From: Chloroflexota bacterium
Lineage (GTDB): Bacteria > Chloroflexota > Dehalococcoidia > SM23-28-2 > RBG-16-64-32
Length of the DNA stretch: 35,924 bases
Direction: 5' to 3'
Assembly: GCA_022561095.1 (NCBI GenBank)
Contig: JADFRV010000003.1
Span: 1 to 35,924 of the forward strand
Under the pieces are notes generated by a model. It saw only the letters and a list, made by a program, of their open reading frames with translations. It made no database searches and was not told the origin of the DNA. Both the position numbers and the translations under genes were made by a program. Shown here one piece after another: positions 7,887 to 16,782 of this stretch (position 1 is the stretch's first letter; each line of letters opens with the position of its first letter).

Positions 7887-8016
7887 GAGGTTGCCCACCA
7901 TCTAGGGCTGTCGGTAGGAGGACCCCTGGCCCCCTGAGGGACGGCAGATACCTCAGGTCGCGGCCGGCCCCCCTTGCGGCGATCTTGCCGGCGGTCCTAG
8001 ACGGTGGGTAACTTTT
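7887..8016 (+). ncRNA. Putative structured ncRNA of ~130 nt, family unknown
   Basis: 7887-7919 pairs with 7983-8015 over 33 bp: 24 Watson-Crick, 8 G-U, 1 mismatch. Internal bubble, then CTGGCC/GGCCGG and CCTGAGG/CCTCAGG stems; ends in TTTT. Confidence 0.7.
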
Positions 8017-8059
8017 ATCGCCGCCGTCCCTCCTCGGCTGATTCGTCCCTTACCTTGAC

Positions 8060-8191
8060 TTGAGCAGTCGCCACCCGTCTATGCGGGTTCAGGCCGGCAG
8101 AGCGAGAACTCGCGCGCTAATCAGGGGTCTTCCTCCTCCTGATTACGACGTCACGATGTTATGAAAAGCTCTGCGGCCTGGCAAGGTTCAA
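8060..8191. ncRNA. Second putative structured RNA, strand uncertain
   Basis: CAGGCCGGCAGAGC (8090-8103)/GCTCTGCGGCCTG (8168-8180); TAATCAGG/CCTGATTA closing the loop GGTCTTCCTCCT; small hairpin ACCCG/CGGGT; outer pair TTGAGC/GTTCAA. Confidence 0.45.
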
Positions 8192-8197
8192 CGGCTG

Positions 8198-8241
8198 ATT
8201 CTTGACTGGTTTTTGTGAAAAGACTGTGAGAATCGCGTGAA
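8198..8241 (-). promoter_or_regulatory. Three direct repeats with 11-bp period (OmpR/PhoB-type box-like) plus a -10-like element
   Basis: Minus strand TTCACG-N5-CTCACA-N5-TTCACA-N10-AAGAAT. Confidence 0.4.
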
Positions 8242-8254
8242 GAACACGCCCGCC

Positions 8255-11200
8255 CTACTCGTAACGCAAAGCTTCGGCGATAGGGACGCTAGCGGCCTGG
8301 CGCGAAGGAACGATCGTCATCAGAAGCGAGGCGAAGAAGGCGAAGGCGGAGATGAGCGCTATCTGGAACCAGGGTATGGCGTACCCTGAGTCCGAGGTGG
8401 GGAACTCGTCTGAGGTTATGAGGAAGTAGGAAAGCCAGATAGCCAGCCCAACCCCGGAGAGGACGCCCAGCGCCGCTACGAACGTGGATTCCAAGATGAA
8501 GCTCAAGGCCACCGTGCCGCGGGTGTAGCCTATAGCCCGGAGCATGCCGATCTGCTGCCTGCGCTCCACCACCGAGCGGAAGGCGATGACGCCCACGGCG
8601 GCGATACCCACGAACAGGCCCAGGCCCATGAACGCCTGCATCAGCCGGAAGAAGTTGCGGAACAGCGCCTGATCATCGTCGATGTCATTCTTGATGGACG
8701 ATGCCTGAGCGCCGCTTGTTGTGAGGGCGGACTCGACCTCCTTAGCCACGCCCACCGCGTCGCCAGGGCTCTCCAGCCCGACGTAATACTGGGAAGATCC
8801 CGCCTCGCCGAACACGTCCGCGAAGGTACGCTCCGGGATGAAGACCCCGAAGAAGGCCGAGCTTGAGGCGAAGCTGATGACGCCGATGATGCTCACCTGC
8901 CTGGTGTTTCCGGACACAGGGTCACGCACCTCGATGGTGACAGGGTCGAAGACGTCGGCGCCCTCGGGGATGCCGTCCAGATTGAAGGTGGGACCGAAGT
9001 TGAAACCACCCTCGATAGCGAAGGCGTCGATGAGGGCGACGTCCTCGCCGTCCCGTATCTGCTGCCACACCGCCTGATCGCTATCGAAGCCCGTGGCGCG
9101 GGCCTCGAGCGCGATGTCGGCGCCGTCCACGAAGCCAGGGCTGACGCCGCTGACGAAGTAGTCGTCGAAGTCGTCGCCCGGCAGCTCGCGCACCTCGGGG
9201 AAGGTGAAGCGGCCGGGCAGGCTGAGACGGCCCACGGAGCGGAACTGGGATGTGTCGACGGAGCCCTCAGCCTCCAGCGCCGCCACCAGGTCGCCGCCCA
9301 GGGGGTTGTTGGCGTTCTCCTCCACCAGCACGTCCCAGCCGCCGCGGGCCTCGTCGCCGAGGAACAGCCGGTCGAAGTTGAGGTTCATGGTGGACATCAT
9401 CACGAGGGCGAAGACGATGAGCGAGATCATGGCCATGGTCATGCCGGTGCGGAACTTGTTGGCGAGGGGATAGGCGACGGCGGTCTTCATGGCGGGCAGG
9501 ATGCGTCCGAACCGGGCCCCGAGGCGCGAGAGGAGGGCCAGGATGATGTCTGCGTTGTAGATGAGGACGAAGGTGGAGGCGGCGACCATGGAGATGCCGC
9601 TGAGGAAGAACATCTCGGGGCCGCCCTCCAGCGGCCCGAACAGGAACTCCAGGCGGCTGCCCGCGGTAAGGCCCCAGAGGAGCAGCAGGAAGATGCCCGT
9701 CGCTGTAAAAACGGGGCGCCCAGGCAGCCGGAAGAAGCGGAGGACGATAGCGGCGCCGAAGACGATCAAAGAGAAGCCGAAGGCGAAGGGGAATGTGGAA
9801 TCGGACCCGAGCCCCGACTGCATCATGAGGGCTCCGACGACCACACCTACCGTACCGAAGCCAGCGCTCCACGCGATGGGCCGATCACGGTCCTGAAGCG
9901 CCACCAGGACAAGGCCAAGAGGTGGCACCACGACTCCAAGCAGGACGAACCAATTGGGGACACTCCGAGGCCTGCGATCACGCGTGAGCCGGATTAGGAC
10001 TAGAGATGCCAAGTAGTGAAACGGAGTCAACAAGAGGGGCCAGGTCGGAATCCGCTCGCGGCGTCCCACAAAGAGGGTAACCTGATAGAGCGGAAAAGCC
10101 AGGATCGGGATGGGGAACCATAGGGGCCAAAACCAACGCATCGGACGGTCGCTGGACCTCTGACTGGCTGCCATGCTGAACCTTTCACCTCGCAGCAAGT
10201 AGAGCCATGGGCCAACTAGCCCTATGACGGCGGCAATCAGGAATAAAGGAGCGAGGTCGCCGAATTGGAGCGCTGCAATCAAAGAAAGGAGAATGGTTCC
10301 CACGGCAGCGAAGGCGTTGAGGACGCCACGGAGGTAGCCCTTCACGGTGGCTTGTTCCGGATTCGCCGCCTGGGTCTCCGGGAGGTTACGAATCGCCGCC
10401 ACGATGTTCAAGTTGGAGACGCGCCAGGAGGAGAAGGTGACGGTGATGAAGGTCAGGACCACACCGAGGCTGTAAGAGATGATGATGGTACGAAGGGTGA
10501 TATGGGGCTGAATGTTCAGGTCGAACTCAGAGAAGATGCGGGCCATTATCTGCGTCATGCCGAAGGAGATGAGGATACCGAGGGCGGCGCCGACGGCGGC
10601 TGCGACCAGGTTGTAGACCATGCCTTCCGAGAGGAATGCCTGGACGAGCTGGCCGCGCTTGGTACCGATAGCGCGGGTCATCCCCAACTCTGACTTCCGC
10701 TCGGCGGCCAGCATGACGAAGATCATCAGTATGAGAAGCATGCCGGCGGCGATGGAGAAGAGGCCGAAGATGAGGAAGAAGGTGACCATGAAGCTGCCAT
10801 CCTCCTCAGCATGATCCACGCCGTCCTGCTTGAAAGGCTCGATATCAAGGTCCAGCCCCTCGTCCGCGATCACCCTCTCGACGCTGGCCACAACCGCATC
10901 GGTCAGCTCTACGCCGTCGCGGACGCCGCCGCTGTTGGAGATGGCGATGACGTTGACCTCACCTTCGCGCCCCAGGACACGCTGCACGGTCTCCAGTCTG
11001 GTCACCAGCCCTTCAGTCTGCTCGAAATCGAAGACGCCGGTGGTGACGCGATCCTCCACGACATCCGCAACAGTGAACTCCAGCGGCTGGTTGTGGACGA
11101 ACACCTGGATCAAGTCGCCGGGCTGAATGTCCGCCTCGTCAGCCAGGGATTCGTTCACGTACACTTCGTTTACCGCCAGGTCAGCTACCTGGACGGCGTC

Positions 11201-11731
11201 GCCGCTGGTAGAGACGAAATCGGGGAAGGCAGCCAGCTTGTTCGGGTCGAGGCCCACGATGTTCGCCTCGGGCGAGCTGAGGCCGGTGCCGGGGTTTATC
11301 ACAGGCACAACCTCAAACAAGATGGGCAGAACACCATCGATATTGGGGTCGTCTGCCAGAGCCGCTTCGAACTCCTCCGCCAGAGTCTCAGGAAAGGAGC
11401 CGTTGGGGTTGGCCGCGCCGCCCCCGCCGCTCTGGCTGCGGAGCAGCACTATCTCGTCCACGTGGCCCAGCTGGGTGAAAGTCTGGTTGGTGATGCTGTG
11501 GTTGATGGTATCGCCGGTGGTGAAGGCGGCGGAGATGATCAGAGTGCTGAGCATGAGACCGACCACGATGAGTACGGTCTGGGCCATGCGCCGGGGGATG
11601 TTGCGCAGGCCGATGAGGAACATGACGCGGTTGCGCAGGACGACGTAGCCGACGACTGACAGGGAAACTCCCAGCAGCGCCAGCAGCACCAGCATGATGC
11701 TGGTCATAGGGATGCCGAATAGCGCGTCCAT
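8255..11731 (-). CDS. ABC transporter permease, FtsX/MacB-like, with two FtsX domains
   Basis: RNIPRR...IVVGLMLST; ERKSELGMTRAIG and ERRQQIGMLRAIG motifs; C-terminal AEALRYE; many TM helices. Confidence 0.93.
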   Translation of the reverse strand: MDALFGIPMTSIMLVLLALLGVSLSVVGYVVLRNRVMFLIGLRNIPRRMAQTVLIVVGLMLSTLIISAAFTTGDTINHSITNQTFTQLGHVDEIVLLRSQSGGGGAANPNGSFPETLAEEFEAALADDPNIDGVLPILFEVVPVINPGTGLSSPEANIVGLDPNKLAAFPDFVSTSGDAVQVADLAVNEVYVNESLADEADIQPGDLIQVFVHNQPLEFTVADVVEDRVTTGVFDFEQTEGLVTRLETVQRVLGREGEVNVIAISNSGGVRDGVELTDAVVASVERVIADEGLDLDIEPFKQDGVDHAEEDGSFMVTFFLIFGLFSIAAGMLLILMIFVMLAAERKSELGMTRAIGTKRGQLVQAFLSEGMVYNLVAAAVGAALGILISFGMTQIMARIFSEFDLNIQPHITLRTIIISYSLGVVLTFITVTFSSWRVSNLNIVAAIRNLPETQAANPEQATVKGYLRGVLNAFAAVGTILLSLIAALQFGDLAPLFLIAAVIGLVGPWLYLLRGERFSMAASQRSSDRPMRWFWPLWFPIPILAFPLYQVTLFVGRRERIPTWPLLLTPFHYLASLVLIRLTRDRRPRSVPNWFVLLGVVVPPLGLVLVALQDRDRPIAWSAGFGTVGVVVGALMMQSGLGSDSTFPFAFGFSLIVFGAAIVLRFFRLPGRPVFTATGIFLLLLWGLTAGSRLEFLFGPLEGGPEMFFLSGISMVAASTFVLIYNADIILALLSRLGARFGRILPAMKTAVAYPLANKFRTGMTMAMISLIVFALVMMSTMNLNFDRLFLGDEARGGWDVLVEENANNPLGGDLVAALEAEGSVDTSQFRSVGRLSLPGRFTFPEVRELPGDDFDDYFVSGVSPGFVDGADIALEARATGFDSDQAVWQQIRDGEDVALIDAFAIEGGFNFGPTFNLDGIPEGADVFDPVTIEVRDPVSGNTRQVSIIGVISFASSSAFFGVFIPERTFADVFGEAGSSQYYVGLESPGDAVGVAKEVESALTTSGAQASSIKNDIDDDQALFRNFFRLMQAFMGLGLFVGIAAVGVIAFRSVVERRQQIGMLRAIGYTRGTVALSFILESTFVAALGVLSGVGLAIWLSYFLITSDEFPTSDSGYAIPWFQIALISAFAFFASLLMTIVPSRQAASVPIAEALRYE

Positions 11732-11734
11732 CTT

Positions 11735-12535
11735 CTAGCTGGCCTCCGCCGGCGTTGCCGGGCCCCAGATACCCGCTGCCCGATCGATGATGCGGTTGTC
11801 GCTTGTGATCTGACCGTCCTGCATCTTGATGATGCGGCCCGTCCGCTCCGCCACCTCCCGGGCGTGCGTCACGAGCACGAACGTCTGATGGTGCTTCTCG
11901 TTGAGGTCGCAGAGGAGATCCATGATCTCGTTGGCGTTGGTGCTGTCCAGGTCGCCGGTGGGCTCGTCGCCCCAGACGATTGCCGGATCGTTGACCAACG
12001 CGCGGGCGATCGTCACGCGCTGTCGCTGGCCGCCGGAGAGCTCGCCCGGCTTGTGGGAGGCCCAATCGCGTAAGTGGACGGTCTCGAGGGCGGCGAGGGC
12101 CTTCTCGCGGGCCCGGCGGGCGGAGGTGCCGGAGACCAGCAACGGCAGCTCCACGTTTTCGATAGCGGAGAGCACCGGCAGCAGGTTGTAGAACTGGAAG
12201 ACGAAGCCCATATGGCGGGCGCGGTACTCCGTCTTCTTGTTGTCCGATAGGGTATTGACGTCGGCGCCGTCCACGAGCACCTGGCCGGAGTCGATGACGT
12301 CCAGGCCGCTGAGGCAGTTGAGGAGGGTGGTCTTGCCGCAGCCGGAGGGGCCCATGATGGCCACCATCTCCCCTCGTTCGATCGTGAGGCTGACGCCGCG
12401 CAGCGCTTCGACCTTCACCTTGCCTGTGTCATAGGTCTTTACGATATCGGTGGCCTGGATGATGACTTCATCCCGAGACGTCAACTGTCCCTCTCTTTCC
12501 TTGGTATGCGGTCTGGCCAACTGGGCGGATGTCAT
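11735..12535 (-). CDS. ABC transporter ATP-binding protein (LolD/MacB-like)
   Basis: Walker [18 protein letters not shown], Walker [10 protein letters not shown]-loop VTH; AGGAGGAGG RBS. Confidence 0.96.
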   Translation of the reverse strand: MTSAQLARPHTKEREGQLTSRDEVIIQATDIVKTYDTGKVKVEALRGVSLTIERGEMVAIMGPSGCGKTTLLNCLSGLDVIDSGQVLVDGADVNTLSDNKKTEYRARHMGFVFQFYNLLPVLSAIENVELPLLVSGTSARRAREKALAALETVHLRDWASHKPGELSGGQRQRVTIARALVNDPAIVWGDEPTGDLDSTNANEIMDLLCDLNEKHHQTFVLVTHAREVAERTGRIIKMQDGQITSDNRIIDRAAGIWGPATPAEAS

Positions 12536-12552
12536 GGTTTGTGTTCCTCCTC

Positions 12553-12714
12553 CTATTTAGCCTGAGGGGCGAGTTTGTGCAACATTTCTGTCACGCCAAC
12601 GCTCAGGCCTGCCTCCGTCGCGATCTCCTCAATAGTAGCGCCGTGGACACCGTTACGCACGATCATCCTCATCGCCGCGCCCAAAACAGCCTCCGTTCGG
12701 GCATCGATATGCAC
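12553..12714 (-). pseudogene. Truncated TetR-family regulator (HTH only)
   Basis: Manual translation MHIDARTEAVLGAAMRMIVRNGVHGATIEEIATEAGLSVG then diverges; no ligand-binding domain. Confidence 0.7.
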
Positions 12715-12780
12715 ATTCGACCTTCCCTTTCACGGTCCTCTGAACAGGGTAACAACGAGTCAGTACAGCACCACTGTTTC

Positions 12781-12840
12781 ACCATCTGCTTTCTGTGCAC
12801 GGCGTTAGTCCATGAGTCGTGCATGTTTCAGCCGGTGCGG
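12781..12840 (+). repeat. 60-bp direct repeat, copy 1
   Basis: 59/60 identical to 13572-13631. Confidence 0.95.
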
Positions 12841-12945
12841 GCCTACCTTCTTCGGAGTCACTCAACCGAACGCTCGCTTTGGTGCGCTCTCGTTAATCAA
12901 GATCTTCCTTACAGCCTTAGCTCCTAATTGCAATCTATCAACCCA

Positions 12946-13395
12946 TTAATTGACCGACAAGGCATCGGGAGCCAAGTCAGTCTGAATGATAATAAACTCA
13001 TGGGCCTTCCCACCTCTGTTACTCACGTCGAATGTGATAGAGCCTGCCGTTACGGAGGCGCTATCTGCATTGACGAACCACTCTCCCAGTTCCACATTCA
13101 CGGTCGCACCCTGGGAGTCGGCCTCGTCGATGACCTCGAAGGCTGTATACATTCCATTCTTGTAATGGCCCCTGAGGTTGCAGAAGAGTACGTACTTGCC
13201 GGGCGCGAGATCAAACATGCCGCTAGCCGACTTGCCAGGTCCCAACTTGCTCTCCCCGATGCTGCCGTTGACCATTCCAGCTTGCGACTCGTCCACCTGG
13301 CCCCACCCGCAGGCCGCTAGTACCAAAGTCAGGGCCACGACCATCCCCAACAGCATCGTGATGGTGCCAACCGCCCGTCGGTGTCCGCTCGTCAC
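12946..13395 (-). CDS. Cupredoxin (blue copper) lipoprotein, circularly permuted
   Basis: GGGAGG RBS plus GTG; signal peptide with lipobox LAAC. The FCNLRGHYKNGM (Cys/His/Met) loop precedes the NRGGKAHEF His segment. Confidence 0.75.
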   Translation of the reverse strand: MTSGHRRAVGTITMLLGMVVALTLVLAACGWGQVDESQAGMVNGSIGESKLGPGKSASGMFDLAPGKYVLFCNLRGHYKNGMYTAFEVIDEADSQGATVNVELGEWFVNADSASVTAGSITFDVSNRGGKAHEFIIIQTDLAPDALSVN

Positions 13396-13416
13396 GACAT
13401 TGGCCTCCCTTGTATG

Positions 13417-13491
13417 TTGGCCAGTTTTGCCCGTGTCGCCAAGAACCAACGTTGGTTTCTTCTCTTGCGTGCTCTCTCTTACGCTGTTCAT
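13417..13491 (-). pseudogene. N-terminal remnant of an NmrA-like Rossmann-fold protein
   Basis: MNSVRESTQEKKPTLVLGDTGKTG resembles the TLVLGGTGKTG dinucleotide-binding start; RBS GAGAGGA; in frame with the cupredoxin. Confidence 0.45.
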
Positions 13492-13571
13492 GTTGTCCTC
13501 TCTCACCGGAATACAGGTATCGCCTGTTCGGTCATACTCGCCCGGCGGCCTTCTCCCCAGGAGAATTCCTA

Positions 13572-13631
13572 ACCATCTGCTTTCTGTGCACGGCGTTAGT
13601 CCACGAGTCGTGCATGTTTCAGCCGGTGCGG
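13572..13631 (+). repeat. 60-bp direct repeat, copy 2 (includes the LuxR-fusion stop codon and downstream hairpin)
   Basis: Contains the last codons and TGA of the 13619 ORF, plus a TGCACG/CGTGCA hairpin. Confidence 0.95.
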
Positions 13632-14644
13632 CGGCGGCTGCCAATAGGAGTTGGAACGTACGCTGAGGCGGTGTCACCGGGCTGGACGAAACCAATCTCA
13701 TAGGCGAACGACGCAGCCTGAGTACGGTCTCGAAGATCAAGCTTGGAGAGGACGCGCTTTACGTGGGTCTTGACCGTGCCCTCGCTGATAACGAACGCCT
13801 CCGCGATCTCGGCGTTGGAGTGTCCTCGGGCGATAAGCCCGAGGACCTCCTTTTCTCTGCGTGTCAGGGCATCGAGGCCTGTGAGCCCCTCGGCGGGCGC
13901 CGCCTGTGACTCCTCTATGGGAGCCCTAGAACCTCCCTCCGGACCGCCCGGGGTAGGCTCGATCTCGGGGGGCACCGTTGGGATATTCTTGGCCCGAGTT
14001 CCGAGCATCAGCCTTGCCCATGACGCGTGAACAGCCGAAGCTATGTTGACGAGATGTACAGTGGCCAGGAACATGAGCAGACCCAATGGAACTAGCACGA
14101 GACCTTCTAGGACAGTGTCGACCTGGGGGCCATTCGCCCCGAAGTGCTGGTGAGGGCCGGAAAGCGCGATCACCGCCGGTGCGCTGATGAAGACGCCCGT
14201 GATGACGCTCGCCACAATGAGGCCAACGAACGCGGCGATGCCAATGGGGAACTGCGCGAAAAGGTAGACTATGCCGGTCCACGTAGTGGGGTCGATGAGG
14301 CGCATCCATACTTGGGACCGAGCGGATTGTCCGGCTTCAATTGCGGTCGGCGGACGTCGAAGCTCGATCTGAGCCACCTTTCGAACGACCCAGGCCTCGG
14401 CGTCGCCAGCCCAACGGGATAGAAATAGGGTCGCGATCAGCAACACCGGACCAACGATGGTCCAGATCATGGCCCCGCCGACCGCCAGCGCGACGACAAG
14501 GCCGACAAAGTAGGCAATTCCCAGAGGGAACATTGCCAGTAGGTGGAGCGCTCGCAAGTAGGTGCGCGGTGCGACAATCGGCCCGAATACCTTCCCTAGC
14601 GGCGTCCCAAATGGACCGTAGATACGAGAAATCGCGTCGTTCGT
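13619..14644 (-). CDS. Membrane sensor domain fused to a LuxR-type HTH (one-component regulator)
   Basis: N-terminal multi-TM putative sensor domain (HLLAMFPLGIAYF, DPTTW); C-terminal LTRREKEVLGLIARGHSNAEIAEAFVISEGTVKTHV. The frame is open up to an ACG at 14644 behind an AAGGAG RBS; first canonical start is TTG at 14557. Confidence 0.85.
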   Translation of the reverse strand, partial: TNDAISRIYGPFGTPLGKVFGPIVAPRTYLRALHLLAMFPLGIAYFVGLVVALAVGGAMIWTIVGPVLLIATLFLSRWAGDAEAWVVRKVAQIELRRPPTAIEAGQSARSQVWMRLIDPTTWTGIVYLFAQFPIGIAAFVGLIVASVITGVFISAPAVIALSGPHQHFGANGPQVDTVLEGLVLVPLGLLMFLATVHLVNIASAVHASWARLMLGTRAKNIPTVPPEIEPTPGGPEGGSRAPIEESQAAPAEGLTGLDALTRREKEVLGLIARGHSNAEIAEAFVISEGTVKTHVKRVLSKLDLRDRTQAASFAYEIGFVQPGDTASAYVPTPIGSRRRTG

Positions 14645-14840
14645 GGCTTTCTCCTTCCGGTGGTGCCCTAAGCCTAGCGCTGAGCTTGCCGATAGGTCTA
14701 GCCTGCGACGCGTACCAGTGCCGGCGCGTCTCTCTAGAGGGGTATTTTGGCGTGATGGAGAGAATATCTAAGAAGGCGAGGCGTTTTGTCTTAGGACGGC
14801 CGTAGCCTAGCAGGACGTCGGCGTTGGCGTCGGCGGACGG

Positions 14841-15551
14841 TCAGATCAAGGAGGTTTGCTGCGGGACGGGAGAGGCGTCCAGCGGAGTGACATCGCGGCC
14901 GAAGACGGCGGCGAACTGGCAAGCCAGACGCTCAGCCACCTGCATCAGCGGTAGCGACAGCCCCAGCACCCTCTCCATGGAGGTGACGCCGTGATCGGCG
15001 ATGCCGCAGGGCACGATGCGCTCGAACCACGCTAAGTCGACGCTGACGTTGAGGGCGAGGCCGTGGCTGCTCACCCAGCCTCCCGCCGCTCCACCGGGCC
15101 GGCTCACCCGCACGCCGATGGCGGCGACCTTGTCGCGGCCGATCCAGACGCCGGTGAGCCCCTGGGCCCTTTCGGCCTCAATGCCGTAGCCGGTAAGGGT
15201 GCGGATAATCGTCTCCTCCAGGCCGCGAACGTAGGCCTGAACGCCGCGGGGACGGGCCCCCAGGCCGATGATCGGGTAGGCGATGAGCTGGCCGGGGCCG
15301 TGGAAGGTGACGTCGCCGCCGCGGTCTACCTCCAGCAGGGGCGCGCCGAGCGCCTCGGCGGGGACGAGGAGGAGGTCGGCGCACGTACGGCGGCCGGTGG
15401 TGTAGACAGGCGGGTGCTCCAGCAGGAGGAGCGTGTCCTCGATCTCGCCCGTGGCGCGGCGGACCGCCAACTCGCGTTGCAGCGCCCAGGCCTCCTCGTA
15501 GTCGACCCGGCCCAGCCAGCGAGCCGTGCAGGGCGGATAGCGCTCGCTCAT
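14841..15551 (-). CDS. lipB: Lipoyl(octanoyl) transferase
   Basis: LLLLEHPPVYTTGR, DRGGDVTFHGPGQ, KVAAIGV, HGLALNV, IVPCGI. Confidence 0.96.
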   Translation of the reverse strand: MSERYPPCTARWLGRVDYEEAWALQRELAVRRATGEIEDTLLLLEHPPVYTTGRRTCADLLLVPAEALGAPLLEVDRGGDVTFHGPGQLIAYPIIGLGARPRGVQAYVRGLEETIIRTLTGYGIEAERAQGLTGVWIGRDKVAAIGVRVSRPGGAAGGWVSSHGLALNVSVDLAWFERIVPCGIADHGVTSMERVLGLSLPLMQVAERLACQFAAVFGRDVTPLDASPVPQQTSLI

Positions 15552-16771
15552 TCCAGGGCTGAGTCCGGGCCGTAGCCCTCCAATCGCTGGACGACGGAGC
15601 GAAGGAATTCGCCCGCCTGGGCGCCGTCCAAGATGCGGTGGTCGAAGGAGAGGCAGAGGTTGACCATAGAGCGTATGGCTATGGCGTCGTTCTCCAGGAC
15701 GACGGGTCGCTTGGTGATGGCCTCCAGGGCGAGGATGGCGGCCTGACCCAGGTTGATGATGGGCATGCTGATGACGGAGCCGAACGAGCCGGTGTTGTCC
15801 ATGGTGAACGTGCCGCCTTGCACGTCCTGCAGTCGCAGCTTGCCGTCGCGGGCCCGCTGGGAGACGTCGTGTACGGCGCGGGCCAAGCCGGCTACGCTCA
15901 GGCGGTCGGCGTCGTGAACGACGGGGACGAGGAGACCCTGGTCGGCGGCGACGGCGATGCCGATGTGGATACGCTTCTTGAGGACGATCTTCTCCTCCGC
16001 CCAGGAGGCGTTTAGGGCCGGGTTCTCCCGCAGCTCATGGGCGGCGGCGGCCACGACGAACGGAAGGTAGGTTAGGTCCACCCCCTCGCGTTCGCGGAAC
16101 GCCTCTCTCTGCGCCTCACGCAGGCGGACGAGGCCGGTGACATCGGCCTCCATCACGAGCCAGGCGTGGGGGGCGCTGAACTTTGAGGCTGCCATGCGCC
16201 GGGCGATAGTGCGACGGATGGCGGTGAGGGGTAGCGTCTCCTCCTCCTGCTCCACCGGCCCGGCCGGGGCCACGCCGGCGGGCGGCTTCTCTCGCCCCCC
16301 CGCGAAGGCGCGGACATCGTCCTCTTTGATCCGGCCACCGGGGCCGCTGCCCTGCACCTGCGCCAGCTCCACACCCAGCTCCTCAGCCAGCTTGCGCACG
16401 CGGGGAGTGGCCCGCCTAGAGGCGGGCTCGCCGCGCTTAGCCGGGGCCCGCTCACGAGGCGGCGCCTCAGCCTTGGGCTTCGCGGCCTCCTCTTTCGGGG
16501 CGGGCGACGGCGTCTCAGCCGGGGTCTCGCCGGCGACTTCCTCGATGATGGCCAGCGGCGCGCCGACCTCGACGACCGCGCCTTCTTCGACGAGGAGCTC
16601 AGTTACCGTGCCCGTGACGGGAGAAGGGATCTCCACGTCGACCTTATCGGTGTTGATCTCGACGATCGGCTCGTACTTGTCTACGTGGTCGCCGGGCTTC
16701 TTGAGCCACCGCTCGATGGTGCCCTCCGTGACGGTCTCGCCCACTTCGGGCATCGTCAGGGTGGTGGTCAT
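15548..16771 (-). CDS. bkdB: Dihydrolipoamide acyltransferase (E2) of a branched-chain 2-oxoacid dehydrogenase
   Basis: One lipoyl domain (TDKVDVEIPSP), E3-binding domain (ATPRVRKLA...GSGPGGRI), catalytic DHRILDG. Confidence 0.9.
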   Translation of the reverse strand: MTTTLTMPEVGETVTEGTIERWLKKPGDHVDKYEPIVEINTDKVDVEIPSPVTGTVTELLVEEGAVVEVGAPLAIIEEVAGETPAETPSPAPKEEAAKPKAEAPPRERAPAKRGEPASRRATPRVRKLAEELGVELAQVQGSGPGGRIKEDDVRAFAGGREKPPAGVAPAGPVEQEEETLPLTAIRRTIARRMAASKFSAPHAWLVMEADVTGLVRLREAQREAFREREGVDLTYLPFVVAAAAHELRENPALNASWAEEKIVLKKRIHIGIAVAADQGLLVPVVHDADRLSVAGLARAVHDVSQRARDGKLRLQDVQGGTFTMDNTGSFGSVISMPIINLGQAAILALEAITKRPVVLENDAIAIRSMVNLCLSFDHRILDGAQAGEFLRSVVQRLEGYGPDSALE

Positions 16772-16782
16772 GAGCGCCCTCC

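Noticed and set aside
7881-7937. 18-aa ORF MSEVAHHLGLSVGGPLAP behind AAGGAG
   Set aside because: The SD lies inside the promoter spacer, upstream of the predicted +1, and the ORF is buried in the long helix. Not fully excluded.
7887-8191. Assignment as SRP RNA, tmRNA, RNase P RNA or a riboswitch
   Set aside because: No SRP helix-8 motif, no tRNA-like ends, no GAGGAAAGUCC, and no downstream co-oriented gene.
13492-13740. Long 264-aa version of the cupredoxin ORF
   Set aside because: The upstream part overlaps the LuxR gene and the 60-bp repeat; the signal peptide and RBS point to GTG 13395.
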